64,000 nucleotides of DNA. Origin: an uncultured archaeon. Its GTDB lineage: Archaea; Iainarchaeota; Iainarchaeia; Iainarchaeales; GCA-2688035. The notes under the pieces are model-generated. The model worked only from the letters and a program-made list of their open reading frames with translations, did not search any database and was not told the origin of the DNA. Both the position numbers and the translations under genes were made by a program. The stretch spans positions 1-64,000 of the forward strand of contig CAYHBD010000042.1 of NCBI GenBank assembly GCA_964354805.1, given 5' to 3'. Below are positions 27,510 through 36,974 of this stretch, one piece after another (within the stretch, counting starts at the first letter, position 1; every line of letters starts with the position of its first letter).

Positions 27510-28439
27510 TCAAAAAATGCCTTTTTCTTTCAACGCTGCCGCAATCAGTGGGAAAGCGATTGTTGCATCGCAAAAGACATTCACATGCTTTGCATTTTCC
27601 CTGAGCTTTCCCCAGCTTTTTGCCTCGTGGGTTCTTGCGCCGCTTAATGAACCGTCCAGCTCTGTTGCCGTTGAAATGTAGACAGCGTAATCCAGGCCGT
27701 CCCGCAGAATGTTTGCCCCGATCAGGTGGTGCTTTGCAATTCCCCCGCCTAAAACAATGCCTGCTGTTTTTTCTGCCGTCAAAACAATCTGCCCGAGTTT
27801 GGGCAAATCGGCTGTTACATCAATGCAGAAATCCCCGCGCTGCTGCTTGAAGAAATAGAACTGCAGCCCTATTGCCCCGTCTGTTATTCCGGGGCAGAAA
27901 ACCGGAATCTTGTTTTTGCTGCACCAGTGCAGGAAGCTGCCGCTGCTTTCAATTTTTTGCCCGATCAATTGGATTAGTTCGCTTGGCGAAAAGCACTGCT
28001 GTTTTTTGCAGAATTCCTGCAGCCAGCTTTGCATTTTCTTTTCAAGCAGGATAAAGCCCTTGTTTGGGGAGAAAATGTTTCCAATCCTGTTAATGCCCTT
28101 TTTGTGCAATTGCGCATCATCAGCATCAAAGCTGCCCTGCCCGTAATCAACCAGTGTTTTTACTACATCGTGGTCAACGCTGCCTGCTGTCGTAATTATG
28201 GCGTCAATGAAATGCTTTCTGCACATTTCTGCAATAATGCCCCTCAGCCCTGATGCAACGAGGTTTGCTGTAAAGGAAAGGAAAATTGTTGCATTTTCTC
28301 TTTTTGCTTTTTCAATCAAATCAACCGCTTCCCCGAGATTGCTTGCCTGGAAGCCTGCAGTGCTTAATTGATCGGCCAGATCAATTGCGCTGTTTTTTTC
28401 CTTTAATTTAATGTCTTTTATTTTGTTCACGCGAATCAC
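27510..28439 (-). CDS. dys: Deoxyhypusine synthase
   Basis: GFQASNL, SFTANLVASGLRG, GINRIGN, DGAIG, GGGIAKHH, DGSLSGA..EAKSWGK (catalytic Lys). Confidence 0.95.
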   Translation of the reverse strand: MIRVNKIKDIKLKEKNSAIDLADQLSTAGFQASNLGEAVDLIEKAKRENATIFLSFTANLVASGLRGIIAEMCRKHFIDAIITTAGSVDHDVVKTLVDYGQGSFDADDAQLHKKGINRIGNIFSPNKGFILLEKKMQSWLQEFCKKQQCFSPSELIQLIGQKIESSGSFLHWCSKNKIPVFCPGITDGAIGLQFYFFKQQRGDFCIDVTADLPKLGQIVLTAEKTAGIVLGGGIAKHHLIGANILRDGLDYAVYISTATELDGSLSGARTHEAKSWGKLRENAKHVNVFCDATIAFPLIAAALKEKGIF

Positions 28440-28498
28440 TTGGACTTTTTTTTCAATTTAATTAAATCTTTTATTTTATTAAATCAATTGCCAGAACT

Positions 28499-31420
28499 TC
28501 ATTTCTTTAACTCAATTGAAAAGCTTCTTTCAATCAGCTTTTCTTTCACTTCTTTCTCAACAATCTGCATTGCGGTGTTTGTCTCTTTTTCAATCCATTT
28601 TCTGTTGCCCTGCAAAAAGCTTTTGTCATCGCAGGCAACCAGCAGTAGTGCTTTTTGCTGGGGTAGCAGGTTTGCCTGCTTTCTCATCTCCTGAATCCTT
28701 CTCCTGAGTTCCTGCAGCTCCCACTCATTCCGCAGCTGCCCATCGGCATCCAAAAGCAAAAACAGCTTTGCGCCTGCAGCATCAGCCCTTGCATAATTTC
28801 CGCTTGGCTCTGCTGTTGCTTCAACAACGCGCTTTACATTGCAGCTGCTTGCAATAACACTGTGCACTTTGCTGAACTGCTTTCCTTTGCCAGAGGCAGA
28901 CTTTTTCCCAAGGCTTTTTTGCTTTGGCAAAAAAGGCTTTTTTTCTGTTACAATGACAAGTTCCCTCAAAGGCCAGCGCAGCCGCAGTTTCTGCTGCTCT
29001 CTCAAAGAAAGAACAGCCTGGGTTAATTCTTTTGCGGAATCAAACTGCTTTTCCAGTTCAGGGTCAACCAGTTTTTTTTCAACGGCAGGCAGCTGCCTCA
29101 AGTGAATTGACAAGGGCATTTTTCCATTTCGCAAATGCTGGTAAATGTATTCGGTTATGTGCGGGGTGATTGGGGAAAGCAGCAAAAGCAGGCCGTCAAT
29201 TACAGCCGACATTGTCTTGTTCACTGCCTGCGCTGTTTTTCCTTCTGTCCTGCCCCTGATTAATTTAATGTATGTCCTGCTCAAATCCTCTAAAACGAAT
29301 TGCTCTATTGCTGCAGTTGCCCTGAAAAAATTATAGCTGTTATAAGCATCTGTTGCTGTTTCAATTAATGAATTCAGTTTGCTCAGAATCCACTTGTCTT
29401 CAACCTGCAAGCTAAGGGTGCTGATTTTTTTGCCCTTTGCAATGTCCAGCTTCAGATACATGTTCGCGTAGTTGAAGCAGTTCCAGAAGATTGAAAAGAA
29501 GCGGTGGATGTCCTTGAAGCTGTCCCAGTCAAAGGCAAAGTCCTCGCCCTTGCTTGTTGCAGTTAGATAATAGCGCAGGTAATCCCTGCTGTGTTTTTCA
29601 ATTACCTCTTTCGGCTGGACTGCATTGCCCTTGCTTTTGCTCATTTTCCTTTTCTCAATGTCAAGCACAAGGCCGTGGACTGAAATTGTTTTGAAGGGCG
29701 CTTTGTCAAAAGCAATTGTTGAAAGGATTAACTCACTGTTCCACCATCCCCTAAACTGGTCTGTTCCCTCAAGATTGAGGTCGGCTGGCCAGAAGCGCTT
29801 GAACAATGCGCTGCTTGCAGGGAAACCGAGTGCTGCCCAGCTGCTGACTCCGGAATCAAACCAAACATCCAGAACCTCAGATACTCTGCGCATTTTTGCG
29901 CCGCAGCTGCATTTTATTTCCACTGAATCAATTTCCGGCTTGTGCAATTCCTTTACTTTCTTTCCGCTCAATTTTTGCAGTTCTTTTAAGCTGCCAATTA
30001 CTTTCTGCTCTTTGCATTTGCCGCACTGCCAGATTGGAATTGGAGTTCCCCAATAACGGGCCCTTGAAATTGGCCAGTCTCCAATGCTTTCGAGCCAGTT
30101 CTGCATCCTGCTCTGCATCCAATCCGGAACCCACTGCACTTTGCCGTTCAATTCAATCATTCTTTTCTGAATGCTGCTTATTTTGAAAAACCATTGCGGA
30201 ACTGAAAGCATGAGCAAAGGATTTTTGCATCTCCAGCACAATGGGTAATCGTGCGTGTAAGGGTGCCTGTAAACCAATGCATTTGCTTGCTCCAAATCGG
30301 CGATTATTTCCTTGTCCACTTCCCTGCATCTTTTGCCTGAATACTTTCCTGCTTCAGCTGTCATCAAGCCATTCAATTGCACTGGCGAAATTGCCGGCAG
30401 GCCTGCCTTGCTGCCTGCATCAAAGTCCTCTTTTCCATGCCCTGGCGCGCTGTGAACCAGGCCTGTTCCTTCTTCAAGATTAACGTACCGCTCGCTTAGA
30501 ATTACTCTGTAAGCGTTTTTCAGCGGAGGCAATTGCAGGTGCTTTGCAAGCGGGTTCTCGTACTGCATTCCCTGCAATTCTTTTCCCTTAACTGTTTTTT
30601 CAATTGTAAAGCCTGCCTCAATCGCTGCCATCAATTCCTGCACTTTTTCCTTTGCAATCACCCATGTTTCGCCATTGCTCATTTTTGCAAAAGAGTAATC
30701 AAATGCAGGGTGGACCATCACCCCGGTGTTTCCAGGCAGTGTCCAGGGAGTTGTTGTCCAGACAACGAGGAAAGTGTTCTCTTCTCCTTTCACTTTGAAT
30801 TTCACAAAAACAGCTTCATCTGTCAGTTTGCTGTACTCGATTTCATTGAATGCAACTGCTGTTTCGCATCTCGGGCAGACATGCACAGGGTAAAGCCCTT
30901 TGTACAGCAGGCCTTTTTCTTCCGCTTTTTTGAAAGTCCACCAGATTGCCTCAATGTATTCATTGCTCAAAGTGAGATATGGATTCTGCCAGCCCATCCA
31001 AACGCCCAAGTCATTGAATTCGTTGTTCATTACATCAATGAACTGCGTTGCATACTGCTTGCATTCTTTAATGAATTTCCCCACTCCGTATTGTTCGATG
31101 TCCTGCTTTGATTTGAAGCCCAGCTTTTCCTCAACCTTGTTTTCAATCGGCAATCCATGGCAGTCATAGCCAGGCCTGTCGAAAACATTGCAGCCCTGCA
31201 TTCTCCTGCTTCTGATTGCAACATCCTTTTGGATCTTGTTCAAAGCAGTCCCCATGTGGATGTGGCCTGTTGCATAAGGCGGGCCGTCCATGAAATAAAA
31301 AGCCTTTTTCTGCTTGCCACTCTGTTTCCTAACCAAGGCAGGCACTTTCCTTTTTAGCCAGAAGCGTGTTATTTCCTCTTCCTTCTGCCTGCTGTATGGC
31401 TCAAGTAATTTTTCGGGCAT
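28499..31420 (-). CDS. ileS: Isoleucyl-tRNA synthetase
   Basis: DGPPYATGHIHMGTA (HIGH-like), GYDCHGLPIE, WTTTPWTLP, GTDQFRGW, KMSKS. Confidence 0.97.
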   Translation of the reverse strand: MPEKLLEPYSRQKEEEITRFWLKRKVPALVRKQSGKQKKAFYFMDGPPYATGHIHMGTALNKIQKDVAIRSRRMQGCNVFDRPGYDCHGLPIENKVEEKLGFKSKQDIEQYGVGKFIKECKQYATQFIDVMNNEFNDLGVWMGWQNPYLTLSNEYIEAIWWTFKKAEEKGLLYKGLYPVHVCPRCETAVAFNEIEYSKLTDEAVFVKFKVKGEENTFLVVWTTTPWTLPGNTGVMVHPAFDYSFAKMSNGETWVIAKEKVQELMAAIEAGFTIEKTVKGKELQGMQYENPLAKHLQLPPLKNAYRVILSERYVNLEEGTGLVHSAPGHGKEDFDAGSKAGLPAISPVQLNGLMTAEAGKYSGKRCREVDKEIIADLEQANALVYRHPYTHDYPLCWRCKNPLLMLSVPQWFFKISSIQKRMIELNGKVQWVPDWMQSRMQNWLESIGDWPISRARYWGTPIPIWQCGKCKEQKVIGSLKELQKLSGKKVKELHKPEIDSVEIKCSCGAKMRRVSEVLDVWFDSGVSSWAALGFPASSALFKRFWPADLNLEGTDQFRGWWNSELILSTIAFDKAPFKTISVHGLVLDIEKRKMSKSKGNAVQPKEVIEKHSRDYLRYYLTATSKGEDFAFDWDSFKDIHRFFSIFWNCFNYANMYLKLDIAKGKKISTLSLQVEDKWILSKLNSLIETATDAYNSYNFFRATAAIEQFVLEDLSRTYIKLIRGRTEGKTAQAVNKTMSAVIDGLLLLLSPITPHITEYIYQHLRNGKMPLSIHLRQLPAVEKKLVDPELEKQFDSAKELTQAVLSLREQQKLRLRWPLRELVIVTEKKPFLPKQKSLGKKSASGKGKQFSKVHSVIASSCNVKRVVEATAEPSGNYARADAAGAKLFLLLDADGQLRNEWELQELRRRIQEMRKQANLLPQQKALLLVACDDKSFLQGNRKWIEKETNTAMQIVEKEVKEKLIERSFSIELKK
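28901..28939. repeat. Dispersed palindromic element, copy 3, in-frame inside ileS
   Basis: ctttttcccaaggc-ttttttgc-tttg-gcaaaaaag-gctt, translated as KPFLPKQKSLGKK. Confidence 0.85.
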
Positions 31421-31494
31421 TTTGTTTCACTTATAATATATTTTATTAAATTAAAAACTATAAAGTTTAATCAATAAATTCCCAAAAACACCAG

Positions 31495-32229
31495 TCACAG
31501 TTTTTTTGTGAATTCCAGGATGAATTCGCTTTGTAGCGCGCGCATTTTTCTCATGGCTGCTTTTGCCACCTCTTTGTTTCCTTTTTCTGCCGCTGCATAC
31601 ATTTCATGCGCGGTTCCATGAATTTTCCATTTTAAATCATTTGCTTTTTTTATTTCTTCCTGCGGACATTCAAGCAAATGCATTCTCTTTATTGTGGCGT
31701 TTGTAATAAGGGACTTTGGGCTGCCGTATTGCATTGCAACCCTTAAAATTTCGTCGTAAAATTTTCCCCGCCCGCAGTTCATTACTTGGGAAATAACTTT
31801 TTGCGGCACTCTCCTTTCATACCAGTTTTCAATGTGTTGTATAAGGGTCTCAAAAGATATTGTCTTGTTTGCGAAATCCTTCAGGTACCTCTTTAAGGTC
31901 GTAAAGGCAACAGGCGCAGCAAACACCCTCACAGCGGTTGCAACTGACAATGGCTTTGTTTCATTCAGTTGGCAAAGCCTCCTGATTACTTTCCTGCCTG
32001 CCCTTGGCTCCACTTCAAGAAAACGCGCTATTGTTGAAGCCGCATTTCTTACAATCATTTTTCTTTTTTTATTTTTTGCAATGCTCAGAAGCAATTCAAT
32101 TGCTCTCGGCGTGTTCAAAACAGGGGCCCTCTTCAGCAACCTTGCCAAAGCCAATACTGTTTCTTTCACATGCCTCGGCTTCGCCGGCCGCCCAAGCCTT
32201 AATTTCGTCGGGTTAGCTAATTCATGCAT
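31495..32229 (-). CDS. Basic helical hypothetical protein
   Basis: 244-aa ORF, Arg/Lys-rich N-terminus, no recognised family. Confidence 0.65.
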   Translation of the reverse strand: MHELANPTKLRLGRPAKPRHVKETVLALARLLKRAPVLNTPRAIELLLSIAKNKKRKMIVRNAASTIARFLEVEPRAGRKVIRRLCQLNETKPLSVATAVRVFAAPVAFTTLKRYLKDFANKTISFETLIQHIENWYERRVPQKVISQVMNCGRGKFYDEILRVAMQYGSPKSLITNATIKRMHLLECPQEEIKKANDLKWKIHGTAHEMYAAAEKGNKEVAKAAMRKMRALQSEFILEFTKKL

Positions 32230-32257
32230 TCGCAGTTACACCTTGCAATAAATACAT

Positions 32258-32377
32258 TGGGCCCGGAGAGACTCGAACTCTCGACCCTTGGTGCGCTAAC
32301 AGGGCAACAAGATGCCGAAATGAATTCACTCATCACCCTGCTATAAGACCAATGCTCTGCCGCTAAGCTACGGGCCC
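32258..32377 (-). tRNA. tRNA-Ile (anticodon UAU) with a 48-nt intron at 37/38 (32294-32341)
   Basis: GGGCCCG/CGGGCCC-A acceptor, TTGGT/ACCAA anticodon stem, loop CT-TAT-A, TTCGAGT T-loop; BHB with outer helix CAGGG/CCCTG; CCA not encoded. Confidence 0.92.
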
Positions 32378-32379
32378 TA

Positions 32380-32452
32380 CTCGGCAAATTCCGAGAGCCG
32401 GCAAATTCCGGCTGTGAATTAAGCCCATACTTCGCTTCGCTCTGTATGGGCT
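32380..32452. repeat. Three GC-rich hairpins directly upstream of tRNA-Ile
   Basis: ctcgg-caaatt-ccgag, agccgg-caaatt-ccggct, agcccatac-N13-gtatgggct. Confidence 0.7.
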
Positions 32453-32638
32453 GTGCTCGGCTTTCGCCTCGCATTAAATAGAAAGTGGAATTGTTTAAGT
32501 ATTTAATTAAGGCAGTAAAATCAGGTTCGGCCCGGTATCCGTGAATCGCCTTTTATTGTTTTCATTCAGTTTTCACTTTTGCCAAAATGTCTTTTTCGCT
32601 TAAAATTATTTTACCCGTTTTGTTTTCATTCATTTTTT

Positions 32639-32992
32639 TCATTTTGCCGAAAGCGATTTTTCGCTTAAATTATTCTCTTTGTTGATTTGGCCTATTTCTT
32701 CGGGCGCTTCCTCCATTTTGCCGTATCTTCCAATGTTCAACCGAACACTATTTTTGAATGTCGAGGCATAGCCGTTTGCTATTTTGTATGTTTTTCCCAG
32801 CTGGATTGAATCAATTGCATCATCCCAGAGCGTGAGCAGAATGCATCCGCTTTCATCTCCAACCAATGCTTCGGCAACTTTGTGGCTGCTGTTGTCAAGC
32901 CTGCCAGTGACCTCGCGTGGCTCGCCTTTTTCCTCCACTCTGATGACTACGTCAATTCTTTTTCCGAATGGCTTTATTTCGCTGACGTTCAT
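32639..32992 (-). CDS. ssb: Single OB-fold single-stranded DNA-binding protein
   Basis: From MNVSEIKP (SD AGGTG): VAEALVGDESGCILLTLWDD...IANGYASTFKNSVRLNIGRYG. Confidence 0.9.
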   Translation of the reverse strand: MNVSEIKPFGKRIDVVIRVEEKGEPREVTGRLDNSSHKVAEALVGDESGCILLTLWDDAIDSIQLGKTYKIANGYASTFKNSVRLNIGRYGKMEEAPEEIGQINKENNLSEKSLSAK

Positions 32993-33162
32993 TGCAGCAC
33001 CTGTAAAACGATTAAGAACTGTAATTTTTTTAAATGAAACTGTTTTTCGGCGTTTTCCCATTTAAATTTTAAAAACATTCAATTTCAAAAAAATAAGCAT
33101 AGGTAGCCCTAATTAAAAGTAAATAAAAAGAAAAGAAAAAAGGGTTAACTTAAACCCTTTTT

Positions 33163-33870
33163 TTACTTCAATGATTTTTTCAGGTCAACTGCCATTTTTC
33201 TGATGTCTTCTTTGAAAGCCATCAGGCAAACTACTCCAAGAACAACCGCTGTCACACAAGCGAATGCAACTATGAACGGCCCGATGAACAGATTCAGGTA
33301 GTCTTTTAACACGCCCATTGTGTCCTTGCCCAGAATCATTGTCAATGCAAGGATGCCTGTGAACAAAATAATGATTCCCTCTGCCAAAGCCGCTGCCATT
33401 TTCTTGAACTTGTGCTGTGTTACCTCAATTGAATTCTTGGCGTATCTTCCAAGCAGCAATCCGCCTACAAATACAAGAATGCCGCCCAAGACACCGGGTA
33501 TGTAGTAAACCAAAGCTGTCAGGAACTGCTGCAATGCGCTCAATTTGACATTCTCAGCTGCCGCAGCCAAGAACAGCACAATGATGTACCACTTGACCAA
33601 ACTGCCTGCCAATGCGCTGACCTCTTTGCCGCCGATTGCGGCTGAAAGGTTCTGCTCGTCAATCCACTGGTCGACTCTTGTGCTCTGCAGCAATTTGATG
33701 ACAATCTGCTTCAGAATTTTTCCGATAATCCAACCGATCAGGATTATAATCGTTGCACCAATCAGTGAAAGAACAACAGGAATACTGTCAATGACAAGTT
33801 TTTTCCCGGCCTCCTGTAACCCAGCATAGAATGCTGCCCAAACCTCAGCTAATATGTTACCATCAGCCAT
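33163..33870 (-). CDS. Multi-TM protein with mechanosensitive-channel-type TM_helix repeats (CmpX-like)
   Basis: IPVVLSLIGATIIILIGWIIGK and YIPGVLGGILVFVGGLLLGR repeats. Confidence 0.75.
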   Translation of the reverse strand: MADGNILAEVWAAFYAGLQEAGKKLVIDSIPVVLSLIGATIIILIGWIIGKILKQIVIKLLQSTRVDQWIDEQNLSAAIGGKEVSALAGSLVKWYIIVLFLAAAAENVKLSALQQFLTALVYYIPGVLGGILVFVGGLLLGRYAKNSIEVTQHKFKKMAAALAEGIIILFTGILALTMILGKDTMGVLKDYLNLFIGPFIVAFACVTAVVLGVVCLMAFKEDIRKMAVDLKKSLK

Positions 33871-33907
33871 GAATTGAATCACCGATAGGAAAAAGGCTTT
33901 GTTGTTT

Positions 33908-34438
33908 TTAAATCTTGCGCATCAATTCGTCAATCGCCTTATTCAAATCGTTTAAAGACGAATTGTTTGCGATAGTACGGCTAGCGCTGTCTATTACTTT
34001 CTGCAAATCGAATTTTAGCAGGTTGTGCTTGTCCCTTTCAAAGAACGCTTCTTTGCTCTGGACATCCAAATCTGTTCTTCTCTCAAAGCGCTTGTCGGAA
34101 TCTGCTTTCACTGCAATCAGGACAAATTTCTTCGAGCTTTTTTTAAGGTATTTCACTTCATCCAGTGACTGAATTCCTGAGAAGACAACCCGCTTCCATG
34201 CCTGGGCTTTAGCTTTCTGGACAACCCTTTTCGCAAGCACGTCATTGCCCTCCTTCTCCCTCATTTCAACTCCAAGCAGGCTCCTGTTCATCTTTGTGTC
34301 AGGCCTGCCCTGCCTTCTCAGCTCTGTTGCAAGCACATCGCTTAAAACAAGCTTGTGGAAACCGTGCTTCTCAACAAGGCGGTCTGCGACAGAATCCTTG
34401 CCGCTTCTCGCAAGACCTGTTACTGCAATTGCAAACAT
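33908..34438 (-). CDS. Dephospho-CoA kinase-like / NMP kinase family P-loop protein
   Basis: IAVTGLARSGKD, RFERR lid, IANNSSL.DL. Confidence 0.8.
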   Translation of the reverse strand: MFAIAVTGLARSGKDSVADRLVEKHGFHKLVLSDVLATELRRQGRPDTKMNRSLLGVEMREKEGNDVLAKRVVQKAKAQAWKRVVFSGIQSLDEVKYLKKSSKKFVLIAVKADSDKRFERRTDLDVQSKEAFFERDKHNLLKFDLQKVIDSASRTIANNSSLNDLNKAIDELMRKI

Positions 34439-34499
34439 GAAAACAAGGGTAATAAGAACTTATTAATAATTTAATTCTCGCCCAAAAATCGGATTAAAC

Positions 34500-34730
34500 A
34501 GGATATGAAAATGAAAAATGAATTAAAAGCAAACAAAAAATTGGAAAAAAAAGAAAAAGAAAAAAGCAGGGGAAATTGAAAATTAAAAAAAAGAAAAATG
34601 GAAAAAAACAGGAAAAATTAGAAAATAAAAAAACACCGAAAATTAAAAAAAATGGAAAAAACAGGAAAAATGGAAAATTAAAAAAAGAAAGCAGAAAGAA
34701 AAGAATTAGAAAAAAAAGAAAAAAAGGAGA
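34500..34730 (-). repeat. ~230-bp degenerate A-rich (minus-strand T-rich) tract downstream of the thermosome gene
   Basis: Recurring aaaaatggaaaaaaacaggaaaaa units, almost all purine; possible oligo-U terminator array. Confidence 0.7.
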
Positions 34731-34731
34731 T

Positions 34732-36372
34732 TTACATCTCCATGTCTCCCATTCCGCCTGGAGGCATTCCGCCCATTGGCGGACCCTTGCTTTTGCTGTT
34801 CCCTGCAATAATGTCATCAATGCGCAGAATCATTTCCGCAACCTCTGTTCCGCTGGTGATTGCCTGCAGCTTCACTGACAATGGCTCAATAACATTTGCT
34901 GCACGCATATCAGAAAGCTTCTGCTTGAATACGTCAACTCCAATGTATTTGCCTTCCTTTGCCTTGTGCCTTGCCCTAAGGTTAACGATTGTTTCAAGCG
35001 GGTCCATTCCTGCTGTTTCAGCCAAGGTCCTTGGAATTTCCTCCAGGGTTTCTGCAAAGGCGTCAATTGCCAACTGCTCCTTGCCTCCGATGGTTTGAGC
35101 ATATTCGCGCAGCCTTACTGCCACTTCAGCCTCAATGCTGCCTCCGCCTGCCACAATCTTTCCGTCCTTAAGCACGTCAGCAACACTCATTAGGCCGTCG
35201 TGCACTGCTCTTTCAACTTCGTCAATAACATGCTCCGAGCCTCCCCTTATCAGCAGTGAAACGCTTTTCGGGTTTTTGCATCCTTCCACAAAAACCATTT
35301 CATCGCCTGCAATCTTTCTTTCTTCAACCAGGGCAGCTTTTCCAAGGTCGCTTGCGCTCAAATCATTTATTCTTGAAACAACCTTTCCCTTTGTTGCCCT
35401 TGCCAATGCCTCCATGTCTGACTGCTTTACTCTTCTTACTGCAGCAATTCCTTCTTTTGCAAGGAAGTGCTGTGCCAGGTCATCAATTCCTTTCTGGCAT
35501 ACAACAAAATTTGCTCCGGATTGCTTTATTTTTTCAACCATCTTGCGCAGCATTGCTTCCTCCTGGTCAACGAATGCCTGCATTTGGTCCGGGCTTGTTA
35601 TCTCAATCTTTGCGTCTGTCTCTGGCTCTTTTATCTCTAAAGCAGAATCAATCAAGGCAATTTTTGCCTCTTTCACTCTTTTCGGCATTCCGCTGTGGAC
35701 AATCTCCTTGTCAATTATTATCCCCTGGACAAGCTTGCTTTCGCCCAATGCTGCCCCCTGCTTTTTCTCAACCTTTACATTGTCAATATCAACGATGGTT
35801 TTTCCTTCAACCTCTTCGGCAACAGCGTTGATTGCATTCACAACCAGGTCAACAAGCGCTTCAGCTGATTCAGCGACCTTTCCAGTCATTGTTGTCAGGG
35901 CAATGTTGCGTAGCATCTTGCTGTCGTTTTTTTCAATTGAATCAGCAGTATTGTTCAAAATCTCTTTTGCCTTTTTTGCAGCCTCCCTGTAGCCCTTGAT
36001 TATAATGCTTGGGTGAATCTCGTCATCCAGCATTTTTTCAGCATTCTTAAGCAATGTGCCTGATATTATAACAGCTGTTGTTGTTCCATCGCCAACCTCT
36101 TCATCCTGCGTTTTTGCAACTTCAACCATCATTTTTCCTGCGGGGTGGTCAATGCTCATTTCCCCCAGAATTGTTGCGCCATCGTTGCTTATTGTAACAT
36201 CCCCAAGCTCGTCAACAATCATTTTGTCCATTCCCTTTGGCCCAAGAGTGCTCTTTACCGCGTTTGCAACCGCCTTTGCAATCAGAATGTTTATTCTCTG
36301 GGCGTCCCTGCCCCTGGTCCTCTTTGTCCCTTCGGACAAAAACATAATTGGTTGTTGTGATGCGTCAGCCAT
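34732..36372 (-). CDS. ths: Thermosome subunit (group II chaperonin)
   Basis: [33 protein letters not shown] tail. Confidence 0.98.
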   Translation of the reverse strand: MADASQQPIMFLSEGTKRTRGRDAQRINILIAKAVANAVKSTLGPKGMDKMIVDELGDVTISNDGATILGEMSIDHPAGKMMVEVAKTQDEEVGDGTTTAVIISGTLLKNAEKMLDDEIHPSIIIKGYREAAKKAKEILNNTADSIEKNDSKMLRNIALTTMTGKVAESAEALVDLVVNAINAVAEEVEGKTIVDIDNVKVEKKQGAALGESKLVQGIIIDKEIVHSGMPKRVKEAKIALIDSALEIKEPETDAKIEITSPDQMQAFVDQEEAMLRKMVEKIKQSGANFVVCQKGIDDLAQHFLAKEGIAAVRRVKQSDMEALARATKGKVVSRINDLSASDLGKAALVEERKIAGDEMVFVEGCKNPKSVSLLIRGGSEHVIDEVERAVHDGLMSVADVLKDGKIVAGGGSIEAEVAVRLREYAQTIGGKEQLAIDAFAETLEEIPRTLAETAGMDPLETIVNLRARHKAKEGKYIGVDVFKQKLSDMRAANVIEPLSVKLQAITSGTEVAEMILRIDDIIAGNSKSKGPPMGGMPPGGMGDMEM

Positions 36373-36475
36373 AAAAAAAACCCCTCCTTAAAAAGGTCCA
36401 ATTTCCAGATTAATGCAATATTAATCCAGCAAAAATCGGTTAAAAAATTGATGGATATAAATGTTTAAAAATAGT

Positions 36476-36560
36476 GCGGTTGGCGAATGTGGATGTTGAA
36501 CATTTGCTCTGGGCAAGCTTGCATTATTCAGATAATTCCCATGCAAAAAGCCTGAACCGC
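36476..36560 (+). ncRNA. Candidate structured RNA (three-stem junction)
   Basis: GCGGTT/AACCGC closing stem, GCGAATGT/ACATTTGC and TCTGGG/TTCAGA hairpins; TATA-like atataaat upstream. Confidence 0.3.
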
Positions 36561-36620
36561 TACGATTTTTAAAGGTTTTGAAGCCCAATTGCTGCAAATA
36601 AACGTTGAGGAGGAAGCCTT

Positions 36621-36719
36621 ATGCCAAAGAAAGTTGAGGAAGAGGAAGAATTCGGAGACGATGAAGACAATGATGAGGGAGACGAAGACGAAGGGTTCGA
36701 CGAAGAGGAAGAGGAATAA
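36621..36719 (+). CDS. 32-aa hyper-acidic microprotein (not in the ORF track)
   Basis: SD GAGGAGG at 36607, ATG 36621, MPKKVEEEEEFGDDEDNDEGDEDEGFDEEEEE, TAA 36719, T-rich tract downstream. Confidence 0.7.
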   Translation: MPKKVEEEEEFGDDEDNDEGDEDEGFDEEEEE

Positions 36720-36974
36720 CAGCGGAAAAAATTGCGTTTATTGGTGCCGGGCGTTCCGGGCGTTAATAGGGCAAGCGGCCAATTAACTTTTTTTATTTAT
36801 TAAAAATTTTGTGGGTTTTTTAGTTTCCTGCCCTTTTTAATCTGTTTCTGTTAATTTGCTTATTCCCTGATTGTTTCAACTGTATTAGTCTGCCGGATTG
36901 CTTGTTGGGTTTCGCTTATTCCCTGGTTGTTCCAGCTGTCAGGGTAAGGAATGTTCCCCTGCTTTGGCATTGGG

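Noticed and set aside
34494-34878. Phe-rich and Lys-rich ORFs (also 24521-25040)
   Set aside because: Translations of low-complexity A/T tracts
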